Below, one piece after another: positions 11,501 to 24,036 of a DNA stretch of 64,000 bases. Source of the DNA: Myxococcota bacterium (GTDB lineage Bacteria; Myxococcota_A; Polyangia; Polyangiales; Sandaracinaceae); assembly GCA_036149055.1 (NCBI GenBank), contig JAYZQJ010000022.1, positions 1 through 64,000 of the forward strand, in the 5' to 3' direction. The notes under the pieces are model-generated. The model was not told where the DNA came from. It saw only the letters and a list, made by a program, of their open reading frames with translations, and did not search any database. How positions within the stretch are numbered: position 1 is the first letter of the stretch; each line of letters begins with the position of its first letter. The position numbers and the translations under genes were made by a program.

Positions 11501-13465
11501 ATGACGCGGTGGCTCGCGATCACGATCGCTCTCGGCCTCGCCTCGTCGGCGTCGGCGCAGGAGCCACGGCGCTGGACGGGGCACCTCGTCGGTCCGTCGG
11601 CCCGGGCCGCGCTCCGGAGCCCCGACGTGGACGCGCGCGTCCGCGCGGCCCGGCAGCTCGCTCGCCGGGGCGAGGCGCGCCGGACGGTGCTCGCGCTGCT
11701 CGAGGCCCTCGAGGCCGAGGAGGACGTGCGCGCGCGCCGGGCCCTCTTCGAGGCGCTCGCGCGCCGCGGTGACGAGAGCGCGGTGGAGCCCCTCGCCGCC
11801 CACCTCCCCGACTGGGGCCGCGAGGATCGCGCCGCCGCCCTCGCCGCGCTCGGCGCGATCGGCGGTGAGCAGGCGACGCGGGTGCTCGTCGAGTGGCTCG
11901 GCGCGGCCGACACCGGCGACGCGTCGGCGGACGCGCTCATCCGGGTCGGGGCGCCGGCCGTGCCTCACCTCATCCGCGCGCTCGGGACGCCGGTCGCGGC
12001 GCCCGCGGCGGCGCGCACGCTCGGCGCGATCGGCGACGCGCGGGCCACCCCGGCGCTCGTGCGCGCGCTGCAGGGCGCGCCGCCCCTCACGCGAACGGCC
12101 ATCGCCCAGGCGCTGGGGCGGCTGCGGGACGAGCGCGCGAGCGCCGCGCTCCTGGCGCTGCTGGAGGATCCGGCCCCCGCGGTCGTCGCCGCCGCGCTCG
12201 ACGCCCTCGGCGCGATCGGGCACGCCGGCTCGGTCGCGTCCATCCGCGCGCTCGCCCTGCGCGGTCCGTCGGAGCAGCGGGCCTCGGCGCTGGCGGCGTG
12301 GCTGCGCATCGCGCCCGCCGAGGCCGCGCCGGAGCTCGTCGCGCTCGCGCGAGCGGACGACACGCCGGCGCTCCTTCGGCGGGTGATCCTCGACGGCGTG
12401 CTCGCCACCCCGCACCCCGCGTTCGCGCCGCTGCTGATCGCCGAGCTGGACGGCCCCTCGGGCGACGCCGCGGCGGACGCGCTCGCCCGGCTCCCGCTCG
12501 GGGCGGGGGTGGGGCCTCTCCTGACCCGGGCCGAGACGGAGGAGGGCTTCGACCTCCCGCTGGCCCTGGCCATCCGACGCCACGCGGCCGCGATCACGCC
12601 TGCGATGACGCGCCGGGCGCGCGCCCACCTCCGCGGGCGCCCCGGCTCGACGGGCGCGGTGCTCGCGGCCCTGGCGCGCGACGAGGCGGTGGTGGATCGC
12701 CTGGTCGAGGGGCTGTCGTCGACCGCGCCGACCGAGCGGGCGCACGCGGCCCTCGGTCTCGAGCTGCTCGGCGCGGCGGCGTCGAGCGCGGCCCCGACCC
12801 TCGCCGGCCGGATCGCCGAGGAGCGTGACGAGGCCGCCTTCCGGGCGATGGCCACCGCGGCGCTCGCGATCGGGGCCCGGGTGGATCCGGCCCGGATCGA
12901 CGCGCGCTGGTGGGACGCGGCGACGGCGCCGGAGGCGCTCTGGCTCACCGCCGACGGGCTGCGGGAGGCGGCGCCCCGGACGCGGCGGCGGGCGCGGCGG
13001 GCGATGAGGCGGGCGCTCCGGGCCCCTCGGCCGCGCGTCAGGGCGGGCGCCGCGCTGGCCCTCGCGCGGGCCGGAGAGCGCAGCGCCTGGCGCGCCCTCG
13101 TCGCCGCGCTCGAGGACGACAACCCCTCCGTCCGGCTCGCGGCGGCCCGCGCCCTCGCCTCGCTCCGGGTGCCCGAGGCCCGCGCGGCGCTCGAGGCCCG
13201 AGCCCGCGTGGAGACGTCGGCGCCGGTGCGCGCGAGCCTCGCGCAGGCGGCGACCGACGCGCGCGCCACCCCGGCCACCCTGGCCGGAGACGAGATCCTC
13301 TACGTGCGGGTGGTGACCGCGCCGGGGCTCGCCCCGCGCGACGCGCTGATCGTCGACGTGGTGCTGCCCGACGCGCGTTGGCTCCGGGTGGCGGCGCTGC
13401 CGGACGGCGCGGTGCTCGTGCCGGAGCTGCCGCACGGCGCCGCCGAGGTGGACGTCCGCCTGTGA
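11501..13465 (+). CDS. Secreted HEAT/PBS-lyase repeat protein
   Basis: Signal peptide MTRWLAITIALGLASSASA; repeated ALGAIG / VRLAAARALA HEAT units. Confidence 0.85.
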   Translation: MTRWLAITIALGLASSASAQEPRRWTGHLVGPSARAALRSPDVDARVRAARQLARRGEARRTVLALLEALEAEEDVRARRALFEALARRGDESAVEPLAAHLPDWGREDRAAALAALGAIGGEQATRVLVEWLGAADTGDASADALIRVGAPAVPHLIRALGTPVAAPAAARTLGAIGDARATPALVRALQGAPPLTRTAIAQALGRLRDERASAALLALLEDPAPAVVAAALDALGAIGHAGSVASIRALALRGPSEQRASALAAWLRIAPAEAAPELVALARADDTPALLRRVILDGVLATPHPAFAPLLIAELDGPSGDAAADALARLPLGAGVGPLLTRAETEEGFDLPLALAIRRHAAAITPAMTRRARAHLRGRPGSTGAVLAALARDEAVVDRLVEGLSSTAPTERAHAALGLELLGAAASSAAPTLAGRIAEERDEAAFRAMATAALAIGARVDPARIDARWWDAATAPEALWLTADGLREAAPRTRRRARRAMRRALRAPRPRVRAGAALALARAGERSAWRALVAALEDDNPSVRLAAARALASLRVPEARAALEARARVETSAPVRASLAQAATDARATPATLAGDEILYVRVVTAPGLAPRDALIVDVVLPDARWLRVAALPDGAVLVPELPHGAAEVDVRL

Positions 13466-13500
13466 TTTGCGCCCGACCACCCCGCCGCGCACAGTGGGGC

Positions 13501-14034
13501 GTGCGTTCGACGTCGCTCGCGCTCCTCACGCTGGCGCTGACCGCCTGCGCGCCGTCGGGCGACGATCCCGCGAGCCGGCTCACGTTCCACGCGCCCGAGA
13601 CCGGCGAGTACCGGCTCGGCTACCTCGAGCCGCCCTGGGAGCTCGTGAGCGCGAGCGGCACGAGCGCGCTCCTGCGCATCCCGTCGAACCTCATGCTCGC
13701 GACGGGGCTCGACGCCGGAGAGGGCAAGTACGATCTCTCGGTCACGGTGGAGCCCGGCGCGGCCGAGGCGCGCATCGAGCAGGAGCTCCGGATGGCCGCC
13801 GCCCGCGGCGAGGAGGTCTCCGCCGGGCCGCGCGTCGTGTCCCTGGCCGGCGGCGTGGTGGGCCGCGAGATCCTGACCCAGCGCAGCGATCCGATCGCGC
13901 GGAGCTTCCGGATCGTGGTCGCGCCGGTGAGCGGCGGCCGCGTCCTCCGGCTCGCCTTCGGCGCGACGCCCTCGCTCGACACGGCCGAGATCGACGCGAT
14001 GATCGCCCAGGTGGAGATCGGGCCCACCCCGTGA
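13501..14034 (+). CDS. Hypothetical lipoprotein
   Basis: GTG start, lipobox LTAC, GC3-rich codons. Confidence 0.7.
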   Translation: MRSTSLALLTLALTACAPSGDDPASRLTFHAPETGEYRLGYLEPPWELVSASGTSALLRIPSNLMLATGLDAGEGKYDLSVTVEPGAAEARIEQELRMAAARGEEVSAGPRVVSLAGGVVGREILTQRSDPIARSFRIVVAPVSGGRVLRLAFGATPSLDTAEIDAMIAQVEIGPTP

Positions 14035-14642
14035 CGCGCGCCCTGATCGCCATGCTCGCGCTGGCCCTCTGGCCCGCGACCGTCGACGCGCAGGAGAGCC
14101 TCGGCATGGGCCGTCGCCTCGGGCGCCCCTCGGTCCGCGCCCCCGAGCCCGAGGCGCCGCCGCCCGCCCAGCCCGACGCCGATCGCTGGCCGGGGCCCCA
14201 GATCCAACTCGGCTACGGCTACCTGAAGCTCGCCGACGGCTACGGCGGGGGCGACGCGCACCTCGCCGATCTCTCGGTGTTCATCCAGTGGCCGGTGACC
14301 GAGCTCCGCGTCGCCCTCCGGGGGCAGGTGGGCGCGCGCGACTACAGCCTGGGCGGCGACGATCTCCTCGCCGTCGCCTCGGTCGAGATCGGCTACCAGC
14401 TCACCGGTCTGCTCGATCCGCTCGTGCCCCACGCGTCCCTGGTGGTCTCCTTCGGCGGGCTGGTGGGGGAGCGCTTCGAGACCACCGTGGCCCACGGGCT
14501 GGGCGGCGCAGGCCTCGAGCTCGGCGCGGCCCTGCGCCTCTATCGCAACCTCCACCTCCACGCGGCCTTCGGCTACCAGCGCTGGGAGATGGACGGGGCC
14601 GCGTTCGACGTCTTCACGTTCCGCGTCGGCGCCGGGTTGTAG
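14031..14642 (+). CDS. Putative small outer-membrane beta-barrel protein
   Basis: GTGA overlap with the upstream stop; signal peptide; amphipathic strands ending FRVGAGL. Confidence 0.7.
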   Translation: MTRALIAMLALALWPATVDAQESLGMGRRLGRPSVRAPEPEAPPPAQPDADRWPGPQIQLGYGYLKLADGYGGGDAHLADLSVFIQWPVTELRVALRGQVGARDYSLGGDDLLAVASVEIGYQLTGLLDPLVPHASLVVSFGGLVGERFETTVAHGLGGAGLELGAALRLYRNLHLHAAFGYQRWEMDGAAFDVFTFRVGAGL

Positions 14643-14709
14643 CTGGCGCGGCATCACGGTTGACCACCGAGGGCTCGGTGCGGCATCGTCGCGCGGTGGA
14701 GGTGCGTCC

Positions 14710-14964
14710 TTGGTTCCCCCCGAAGGCAGCGAACCCGACACGACCCAATCAGAGCCTTCGTTCGAGCAGATCCTGGCGCGTCTCCAAGAGGTCGTGGAGC
14801 GGCTCGAGAGCGGGGAGCTACCCCTGGAAGAATCCCTCACCGTGTTCGAGGAAGGGATCCGCTTGTCGCGCGCCGGCGCCAAGCGCCTCGACGCCGCCGA
14901 GCGCCGCGTCGAGGAGCTCCTCGGCGACGGAGAAACTCGCCCGATCCCCGATGAGGATCGGTAG
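14710..14964 (+). CDS. xseB: Exodeoxyribonuclease VII small subunit
   Basis: SFEQILARLQEVVERLESGELPLEESLTVFEEGIRL; GGAGGT RBS. Confidence 0.93.
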   Translation: MVPPEGSEPDTTQSEPSFEQILARLQEVVERLESGELPLEESLTVFEEGIRLSRAGAKRLDAAERRVEELLGDGETRPIPDEDR

Positions 14965-14991
14965 ACTCACGATCCGGAGCAACGCAGCGAC

Positions 14992-16467
14992 ATGAGCTAC
15001 GCGATCAGCGTCCCCACGCCTTTCAACGACATCTCCGAGCTGGCCGAGAACTTCGCGTCGCGCGTGGACGACGAGCGCCTGATGCTCCCCCACGGCGACG
15101 AGGTCCCCGAGGGAGAGTGGGTCCAGTTCGCCGTCACCCTCGCGGACGGCAGCGCCGCCCTCTCCGGCCTCGGCCGGTGCACGGGGTCCTACGACAACGG
15201 TGAGGAGCGCGCGCCCGAGCACCGCTTCGACGTCGTGATGGACTCGCTGCAGCTCGAGGAGATGGCCCAGATCTACTTCGAGCGGATCCTCCAGGTGCGC
15301 GCCGCGCAGATGGGCGAGGAGCCGCAGACCGGCGAGGTCGACCTCCCGGAGGAGCCGGTCGACGTCGACGCGCAGGTCGAGGAGATGGCCTACGCCGGCT
15401 CCGACGAGGTCGTCCCCGTGGCGGCCGCCGCGCCGGTCGAGACGGTGGCCGAGCCGCCCGCCGACGAGTTCGGCGGCGAGGCGACCCAGGCGGTCAGCTT
15501 CGACGAGCTCGCCGAGGCGGCCGAGGCGGAGGCCCTCGAGGCGCCGATGGCCGAGCCGGTCGAGGAGCCGGTCATGGAGGCGCCGGTCGTCGACGAGACG
15601 GCCACCCTCGACGCCGAGTACGCGGAGGCCGCGGTCGACGCCGACGCCTTCGTGGAGACGGCGGCGGCCGAGGACGTCGCTTTCGACGCCGGCGAGCCCG
15701 ACTGGGAAGAAGGCGACGCCACGCAGTTCGGCGACATGCCGGAGGCGGAGGCGGAGGAGGCCGCGGCGCCGATCGCGCACGCCGCGCCCGCGCTCACCGC
15801 GCCCGAGGAGTCCAACATCTACGAGCTGCCCCCGCCGAGCGCGCCCGGGCAGCTCCCGTCGCCGCACGCCAACGGCGCGACGCTGACCCGCCGCATGCTC
15901 CAGGCGACCTGGTCGCCCGAGCCGGCGCCCCGGCCGGATCCGAGCCCGTCGAGCGGGTACTTCCAGTACGCGGCCGGCGGGCTCCCCCAGCCGCCCACCC
16001 CGCCGCGGCCCGAGCTCGACCCGAGCCTCCACGTCTCGCCCGCGCCCCGGCCGGGAGACGCCCACGCCGCGCCCGAGGCGTTCGCCGAGGCGGCCGAGCC
16101 GCAGGCGGCCTACGAGGAGCCCGAGGCGTACGCCGAGGCCGAGGCCTACGGCGACGAGGAGCAGGCGGCCTACGCCGAGGCCGACGAGGCCGTGCCGGTC
16201 GACGACGCGTTCGACGCCGAGGGCGGCTACGACGAGGCGCCGGTCGAGGCGGTCGAGGAGGCCGAGGAGGTCTACGACGCGGAGACGGTCGAAGGCGAGG
16301 GCCTCGAGGTCGACGCCGCGTTCGAGGATCTCTCCGGGGGCGAGGCCTACGAGGAGCCGCCGGTGGAGGCCGCGACCCGCGAGGTCGACCTCGGCGATCT
16401 CCCGGACCACGCCCTGTCCCACGACGACGAGACGTCGCAGGTCGAGCTGCCCGAAGAGCAGCAGTAG
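14992..16467 (+). CDS. Highly acidic protein with N-terminal PilZ-like (myxobacterial) domain
   Basis: About 100-aa folded N-terminus (GEWVQFAVTLADG..LSGLGR) followed by Glu/Ala/Pro-rich disorder. Domain call tentative. Confidence 0.65.
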   Translation: MSYAISVPTPFNDISELAENFASRVDDERLMLPHGDEVPEGEWVQFAVTLADGSAALSGLGRCTGSYDNGEERAPEHRFDVVMDSLQLEEMAQIYFERILQVRAAQMGEEPQTGEVDLPEEPVDVDAQVEEMAYAGSDEVVPVAAAAPVETVAEPPADEFGGEATQAVSFDELAEAAEAEALEAPMAEPVEEPVMEAPVVDETATLDAEYAEAAVDADAFVETAAAEDVAFDAGEPDWEEGDATQFGDMPEAEAEEAAAPIAHAAPALTAPEESNIYELPPPSAPGQLPSPHANGATLTRRMLQATWSPEPAPRPDPSPSSGYFQYAAGGLPQPPTPPRPELDPSLHVSPAPRPGDAHAAPEAFAEAAEPQAAYEEPEAYAEAEAYGDEEQAAYAEADEAVPVDDAFDAEGGYDEAPVEAVEEAEEVYDAETVEGEGLEVDAAFEDLSGGEAYEEPPVEAATREVDLGDLPDHALSHDDETSQVELPEEQQ

Positions 16468-16472
16468 CGCGA

Positions 16473-18692
<2,220 letters not shown>

Positions 18693-18782
18693 GCCACGAA
18701 TCTACGGAGCCGGCCGCGGGCGACCAACTTCGTGGGAGGTGCAACGCGCGCGGCGCCCGGGGCCACTCTCCCGGGCGTGCCG

Positions 18783-19112
18783 TCAGCGCAGCGTGACCGA
18801 CACCGTGACCTCGCCGGCCGGCGGGATCGGCAGGGGGCGGGGGATCGGCGCGCGGCCGCCCGCGATCGGCTCGGCGGTGACGACGTAACGTCCGGCGGGC
18901 ACCCCCGCGATCCGGCAGGTCCCGCTCGAGGTCCGGCAGCTCATCGGCGCGCCGTCGCCCTGCGGGGTGAGCGTCACGGTCGCCTCGCCGGGGGCGCCTT
19001 CAGCCGTGCGGACGCGCACGATGACGGCGGCCTGGGCGTGAACCACCGCGGCCGTCAGGGCGATCGCGAGGAGAGAGGCGAGGGCGAGGAGGCGGGGCAG
19101 GTGTCGGGGCAT
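18783..19112 (-). CDS. Small secreted carboxypeptidase-regulatory-like (prealbumin fold) protein
   Basis: Signal peptide; GTCRIAGVPAGRYVVTA. Confidence 0.65.
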   Translation of the reverse strand: MPRHLPRLLALASLLAIALTAAVVHAQAAVIVRVRTAEGAPGEATVTLTPQGDGAPMSCRTSSGTCRIAGVPAGRYVVTAEPIAGGRAPIPRPLPIPPAGEVTVSVTLR

Positions 19113-19363
19113 CTTGGCTCGGCAGCGAGGCTCGAGGGGGCGGGCGCTCGGGGCTCGGACGGCGGCGCCGCGGCGACCATTCACCTCATAGCATGGTCGG
19201 GTGACGGATTCGTCCGTCGGCGGCCACCATTCGGGCCATCGCGCGGCGCCGTAAGGGCGCTGGAAGCCCCCTCACTCGTTTGTGATTCCAGGGCTTCCGT
19301 TGTATGAATGGCCGCCGAATCCGGGGGTCGACCCTCGGTGTGGGAAGTAGCGGGGAGCATCGG

Positions 19364-21721
19364 ATGCGCCTGAAGACGACTCTTTCCTTGTCTCTCGGTC
19401 TCCTGTTGGCCGTACCGTTCATGGCGGTGAGCGGCGCGTATGCGCAGGACGAGTTCGACGAGTTCGACGACGAGTTCGCGGACGACTTCGAAGAGCCGGC
19501 CGAGACCGAAGACGAGGCGGAACCCGACGCGGGCAGCGGCGGGGACGAGTTCGGAGACCTGGAAGACGACGCGTTCGCCGAGGACGACGCCGGGGAGGGT
19601 GGCCTCGAAGAGGGCGACCTCGAGGGCGACGACTTCGGTGACATGGACGACGCGGGCGACGCCGAAGAGGCGGAGACGCCCGCGACCGACCGGGAGGCCG
19701 CGGAGGCCTACCGCGAGCGTCGCCACGTGCTCCACAACAGCTGGGGGGGCTCGGTCGGCGGCATTCACGTCGTCGACGCCGGCTCCGGCGCCGCGGCCGC
19801 GTTCCGCGCGCAGCTCGGCATCGACTTCTTCTTCGCCGACGGCTGGCTCACGCTGCCCGGCGCGGGGACCGACCAGAACCACAGCCACATCGGTGGCTCG
19901 CTCTCGCTGAGCTGGAACCCCTTCGACTTCATCGAGATCTTCGCGTCGCTCCGGAGCTGGGCGAACAGCAACGCCCAGGAGGATCCGAACCTCTTCCAGG
20001 TGCTGGGCGACACGATCTTCGGCATCAAGGGCTACTACCACTTCGAGAGCATCCCCTGGCTCACCCTCGGCGGTGACCTGAGCCTCGGCTTCCTCAACAC
20101 GGTCGGCGACATCGGCCTGGTGGGGGACAGCACGAGCTTCGGCATCCGCGCGAACGCGACCGCCGACCTCCGGGAGCTCGAGAACGCCATCCCGCTCATC
20201 ACGCGCTTGAACCTCCAGTACTGGTTCGACAACAGCGCGGCTCTGGTCGGCCAGGTCGAGCGCGCGCGCTACAACGCGCTGACCGACCCGCGGCCCTGCC
20301 CGGAGGATCCCGCGCTCGGCACCTGCATGGAGGATCGCCACCTGCTGACGCGGGTCGAGCGCTACTCGCTGCAGATCGACCGGGTCGATCACTTCCGCAT
20401 CGCGGTCGGCGTCGAGGCGCCCATCCGCGTGATGGACGACTTCCACATCGCGCCGATCGCGGAGTGGGTGCTCGACATCCCGACCAACCGTCAGGGCTAC
20501 AGCTGCCTCTTCATCCCCGGCGTCGGCACCCCCGACATGCCGGCGGTCGGCCAGGACGGCTGCCTCGACAAGCAGGGCTTCGACGCCTTCGAGCAGATCC
20601 TCACCCTCGGCGTCCGGGTCACCCCGCCGCTCCGCGGGCTCAGCATCTTCGCCGCGGTCGACATCGGCCTCACCGGCGTGAACACCTTCGTGCGCGAGCT
20701 CAGCGGGCAGGAGCCCTACGACGTGCGCTTCGGCGTCGGCTACGCGTTCGACACCGTGCCGCAGGTCCGCGAGATCGAGCGCGAGGTGGTCCGCGAGGTG
20801 GTCCGCGAGGCGGAGCCCGACCCGGTCGGCCGCGTCGTCGGCACCGTCGTCGAGCAGGGCACCGAGACGACCATCGCGGGCGCGGTCGTGGCCTTCCCGG
20901 GCCGCGAGCTCACCTCGCTCTACACCGACGCCACCGGCGGCTTCCGCACCTTCACGCTCGAGCCCGAGCAGGAGGTCCAGATGACCGTGACGCACCCCGA
21001 GTACCACGAGGGGTCGTGCAGCGGGACCATCCCGGCGGAGGGCGGCGACGTCGAGGTGCGCTGCGAGCTCGAGGCGCTCCCGCGGCTCGGCACCGTGCGC
21101 GGCCGCGTCACCGGTGAGGGCGGCGCTCCGGTCGGCGGCGCCACCGTGGCCCTCAGCGGTCCGGCGAGCCGCAGCCTCGTGGCCGGTCCCGACGGCGCCT
21201 TCGCCGCGCAGGAGCTGCCCCCGGGCACCTACACCGCGCGCGTCGAGGCCGAGGACTACCTCATCAAGCAGGAGACCTTCGAGGTCGTCGCCCGCGAGGA
21301 GGCGAACCCGGAGATCCAGCTCATCTCCCGCCCGCGCCGCTCGCTCGTCCGGGTCCGCCGCCGCGACATCATGATCCGTCGCCAGGTGAACTTCGCGACC
21401 GACAGCGCCGAGATCCTCCCGAGCAGCAGCCAGCTCCTCTCGGAGGTCGCGGACGTCATCATGCGGCACCCGGAGATCACCCGGATCGAGATCCAGGGCC
21501 ACACCGACAACCGCGGCGGTCGCCAGCACAACCAGGACCTGTCCCAGCGGCGGGCCGAGGCGGTGCGCGACTGGCTCGTCCGCGCCGGCGTCGAGGCCAG
21601 CCGCCTCGAGGCCCGCGGCTACGGCCAGGAGCAGCCCCTGGTGCCGAACATCACCGCGTCGAACCGGGCCCGGAACCGCCGCGTCCAGTTCGTCATCCAG
21701 GAGCAGACCGAGGCCGAGTAG
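19364..21721 (+). CDS. OmpA-family outer-membrane protein (acidic N-terminus, barrel, two carboxypeptidase-regulatory-like domains, OmpA-C)
   Basis: VNFATDSA, IQGHTDN, LSQRRAEAV, NRRVQF motifs; signal peptide. Confidence 0.9.
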   Translation: MRLKTTLSLSLGLLLAVPFMAVSGAYAQDEFDEFDDEFADDFEEPAETEDEAEPDAGSGGDEFGDLEDDAFAEDDAGEGGLEEGDLEGDDFGDMDDAGDAEEAETPATDREAAEAYRERRHVLHNSWGGSVGGIHVVDAGSGAAAAFRAQLGIDFFFADGWLTLPGAGTDQNHSHIGGSLSLSWNPFDFIEIFASLRSWANSNAQEDPNLFQVLGDTIFGIKGYYHFESIPWLTLGGDLSLGFLNTVGDIGLVGDSTSFGIRANATADLRELENAIPLITRLNLQYWFDNSAALVGQVERARYNALTDPRPCPEDPALGTCMEDRHLLTRVERYSLQIDRVDHFRIAVGVEAPIRVMDDFHIAPIAEWVLDIPTNRQGYSCLFIPGVGTPDMPAVGQDGCLDKQGFDAFEQILTLGVRVTPPLRGLSIFAAVDIGLTGVNTFVRELSGQEPYDVRFGVGYAFDTVPQVREIEREVVREVVREAEPDPVGRVVGTVVEQGTETTIAGAVVAFPGRELTSLYTDATGGFRTFTLEPEQEVQMTVTHPEYHEGSCSGTIPAEGGDVEVRCELEALPRLGTVRGRVTGEGGAPVGGATVALSGPASRSLVAGPDGAFAAQELPPGTYTARVEAEDYLIKQETFEVVAREEANPEIQLISRPRRSLVRVRRRDIMIRRQVNFATDSAEILPSSSQLLSEVADVIMRHPEITRIEIQGHTDNRGGRQHNQDLSQRRAEAVRDWLVRAGVEASRLEARGYGQEQPLVPNITASNRARNRRVQFVIQEQTEAE

Positions 21722-21758
21722 GCCGCCGACGCCTCGTCCCCGAGGCACGTCGAGACCC

Positions 21759-21797
21759 ACGGGGTCGATCGCGCGAGCGGTCGGCCCCGTTCTTCTT
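21759..21797 (+). terminator. Putative intrinsic terminator
   Basis: ACGGGGTCGATCGC-GCGA-GCGGTCGGCCCCGT followed by TCTTCTT. Confidence 0.65.
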
Positions 21798-21814
21798 CGA
21801 GGACGAGAGGGCTG

Positions 21815-21945
21815 GGGAGACGAGGAGACTGGAGACGGGAGAGAGTCGCGACAGCAGTCGCGACAGCACAGCAGTCGCCACAGCGGGGTGGCGCGGCGGC
21901 GTTCTCGCCGGCGCTCTCTCTTCGCCTCCCGCCTCTCCTCTCCCT
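21815..21945. repeat. Purine/pyrimidine imperfect inverted-repeat element (heptamer GGGAGAC/GTCTCCC family)
   Basis: GGGAGACGAGGAGACTGGAGACGGGAGAGAG ... CTCTCTCTTCGCCTCCCGCCTCTCCTCTCCC around GTCGCGACAGCA repeats. Confidence 0.6.
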
Positions 21946-21968
21946 TTTCGTCCTGCGCCCGTCCGGCC

Positions 21969-22475
21969 TCAGCGGTCGAGCACGCGGAGCGCGACGTCGT
22001 ACGAGAAGCCGGCGCGCGCGAGCTTGGCCAGGTCCTTCTCCCGCATCTCCGCCCGCCGCTCGGCCGGGCGGTGGGGGCCGATGCGGCGCTTGCGGGCGAA
22101 GGCCTCGGCGGCGCTCAGCTCGTCGGTCCCCTCCTCCTCGAGGGCGGCGTCGACGAGGTCGCCGTCGGCGCCCTGGCGGGTGAGCGTCCAGCGGATGGCG
22201 CGGGCGCTCTTGCCCCGGCCGCGGAGGGTGCGGACGCGGCTCTGCACGAAGCGGGCGTCGTCGAGGTAGCCGAGGCCGCGCAGCTTGGTGATGACCTCTT
22301 CGATCAGCGCGCGCCCCTCCTCGGGGTCGGTGCCGTGCTCCTCGACGCTGCGGCGCACCCGCTTGTCGAGCGCGCGCCGCACCCGCTCGGCGGTGCCGCC
22401 ATAGCGCTCGAGGTACCAGAGGGCGACGCGCTCGAGGTAGGGGAGGGTCGCGGGCTTGGGCTTCTTGCGGGGCAC
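21969..22475 (-). CDS. recX: Regulatory protein RecX
   Basis: ALWYLERY, GYLDDARF, LARAGFSYDVA. Confidence 0.88.
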   Translation of the reverse strand: MPRKKPKPATLPYLERVALWYLERYGGTAERVRRALDKRVRRSVEEHGTDPEEGRALIEEVITKLRGLGYLDDARFVQSRVRTLRGRGKSARAIRWTLTRQGADGDLVDAALEEEGTDELSAAEAFARKRRIGPHRPAERRAEMREKDLAKLARAGFSYDVALRVLDR

Positions 22476-22505
22476 GGGGGCCTCATCGCGCGCGCGGCGG
22501 CGCGG

Positions 22506-23402
22506 TTACCAGCGGCGCCGGAGCCCGAGGGTCGCGAAGAGCAGGGCCGCGAAGGGCAGGGCCGCGAGGGGCAGGCCCGGCGAGCCGGGGCGCGCGCCGA
22601 GGGCGCTGACGCTGCAGCCGCCCGGCTCGCAGTCCAGCACCAGGCCGCCGCGGGGCGTGGGGTCGCACTCCCCGGTGGGCGTGCCGGGAGGGTAGGCGGC
22701 GCAGAGCCCCTCGACGTCGTCGGCCGCGAGGTCGCGCTTGAGGGTCTCGCCGGCGACCGCCGACGCGAACATCGTCGCCTCCGCCTCGGTGGAGTGGGCG
22801 AGCCCGAGGTAGTGGCCGAGCTCGTGGGTGAAGACGTTCTCGAGATCGACCGTGCGGCGGTCGACGCAGCCCGCGTCGGGGCAGACCCCGTAGGGCCCGC
22901 GCTGCTCGTTGACCTCCATGTCGGCGTCGAGGATCTCGCCGGTGCTGCGGCGGTGCCAGACCGTCGTCAGCGCGAAGGCGGCGGGGTCGTTGCCGCGCTC
23001 GGCCCAGTCGTCGACGAACATGATCGCGTTCACGTTGCCGCCGTCGTCCCGGTAGAACGGCGCGACGCAGACCGAGTCCTCGTCGAGGATCGAGATGTCG
23101 ACGCCGACCGGCGTGCCGTCGCACTCGACCGCCTCCCAGGTGGCGATCGAGCGCCCGAGGATGGCCCTCACCTCCGCGTCGCTCAGATCCTGCGACGTCG
23201 CCTCGACGCTCAGCGCGATGCCGGTGCAGGGGCGCAGCCACTCGAGGAAGCGCTCGGGCGGATCGGCCGTGGGGTCGGGCAGGACGCAGGGCGCGCCCGG
23301 GCTCGGCTGCCGGCCGCTCGTGGTCATGCGACACCACGCCGAGGCGGTGGCGGGCGCGGCCAGGGCCAGCGCGATCAGCCAAGAGGCGAGCGCTCGCCTC
23401 AC
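22506..23402 (-). CDS. Matrixin (M10-like metzincin) with MYXO-CTERM-like sorting signal
   Basis: Signal peptide; HELGHYLGLAHS plus Met-turn ATMF; C-terminal GGCSV + hydrophobic stretch + RRR. Confidence 0.88.
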   Translation of the reverse strand: MRRALASWLIALALAAPATASAWCRMTTSGRQPSPGAPCVLPDPTADPPERFLEWLRPCTGIALSVEATSQDLSDAEVRAILGRSIATWEAVECDGTPVGVDISILDEDSVCVAPFYRDDGGNVNAIMFVDDWAERGNDPAAFALTTVWHRRSTGEILDADMEVNEQRGPYGVCPDAGCVDRRTVDLENVFTHELGHYLGLAHSTEAEATMFASAVAGETLKRDLAADDVEGLCAAYPPGTPTGECDPTPRGGLVLDCEPGGCSVSALGARPGSPGLPLAALPFAALLFATLGLRRRW

Positions 23403-23953
23403 TCGCCGGACACCCGCGCGCCGATGCGCTCGCGCAGCTCGAGGTACGGCTCGGGGCGCAGCAGGGCCGGCGGGGCGGGGCCGAGGCGGCCGCCGCGGAG
23501 GCGCTCGACGAGGCTCATGCCGCCGCCGCCCGGGGCCACGGTGAGCGTGCCGCCCTGGTCCGAGACCGGCATCACACCCTGGCTCATGCCGACCGCGCGG
23601 AGGGCGCCGCCGCGGCGCTCGAGGAAGACGAGGTAGCGCGCCCCGACGGTGGGGTGGGGCTCGCCCTCGACCCGCATGCCGAGGTCGCCGATCACGCCGC
23701 CGAGGCTGCGCATCGTGAGCGTGCCGCCGTCGCCCTTCATCGACTCCTCCACCCGGAGGGCGTAGTCGGTGACGATCCGCCCGCGGTCGTCGCGGGAGGC
23801 CTGCGCGCCGGCGCACCGGACGAGCGCGACGTGCTCGGCCTCGTCCACCAGCTCGTCCAGGGAGAGGGCCACGGAGACCGTGGCGCCGGCGGGAGAGGCG
23901 ATCGGAAGCACCACCGCGAGGGCCGCGCACAGCGCCCATCCAGCTCGTCTCAT
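23399..23953 (-). CDS. Secreted hypothetical protein coupled to the matrixin (possible separately encoded pro-domain)
   Basis: Signal peptide; LSLDELVDEAEHV...G.RYLVFL; GTGA overlap with the peptidase start. Confidence 0.75.
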   Translation of the reverse strand: MRRAGWALCAALAVVLPIASPAGATVSVALSLDELVDEAEHVALVRCAGAQASRDDRGRIVTDYALRVEESMKGDGGTLTMRSLGGVIGDLGMRVEGEPHPTVGARYLVFLERRGGALRAVGMSQGVMPVSDQGGTLTVAPGGGGMSLVERLRGGRLGPAPPALLRPEPYLELRERIGARVSGE

Positions 23954-24036
23954 GCCTGCACCTTTTCGCACGCCCCGCGGGCCGTCAAGGCGGAGGAGAT
24001 TGACACGGGCGCCCCACCTTTCGTACTCACGCCTCC

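Noticed and set aside
19364..21721. TraB of the outer-membrane exchange system
   Set aside because: Has barrel plus OmpA-C but no thrombospondin type-3 repeats and no adjacent traA-like gene.
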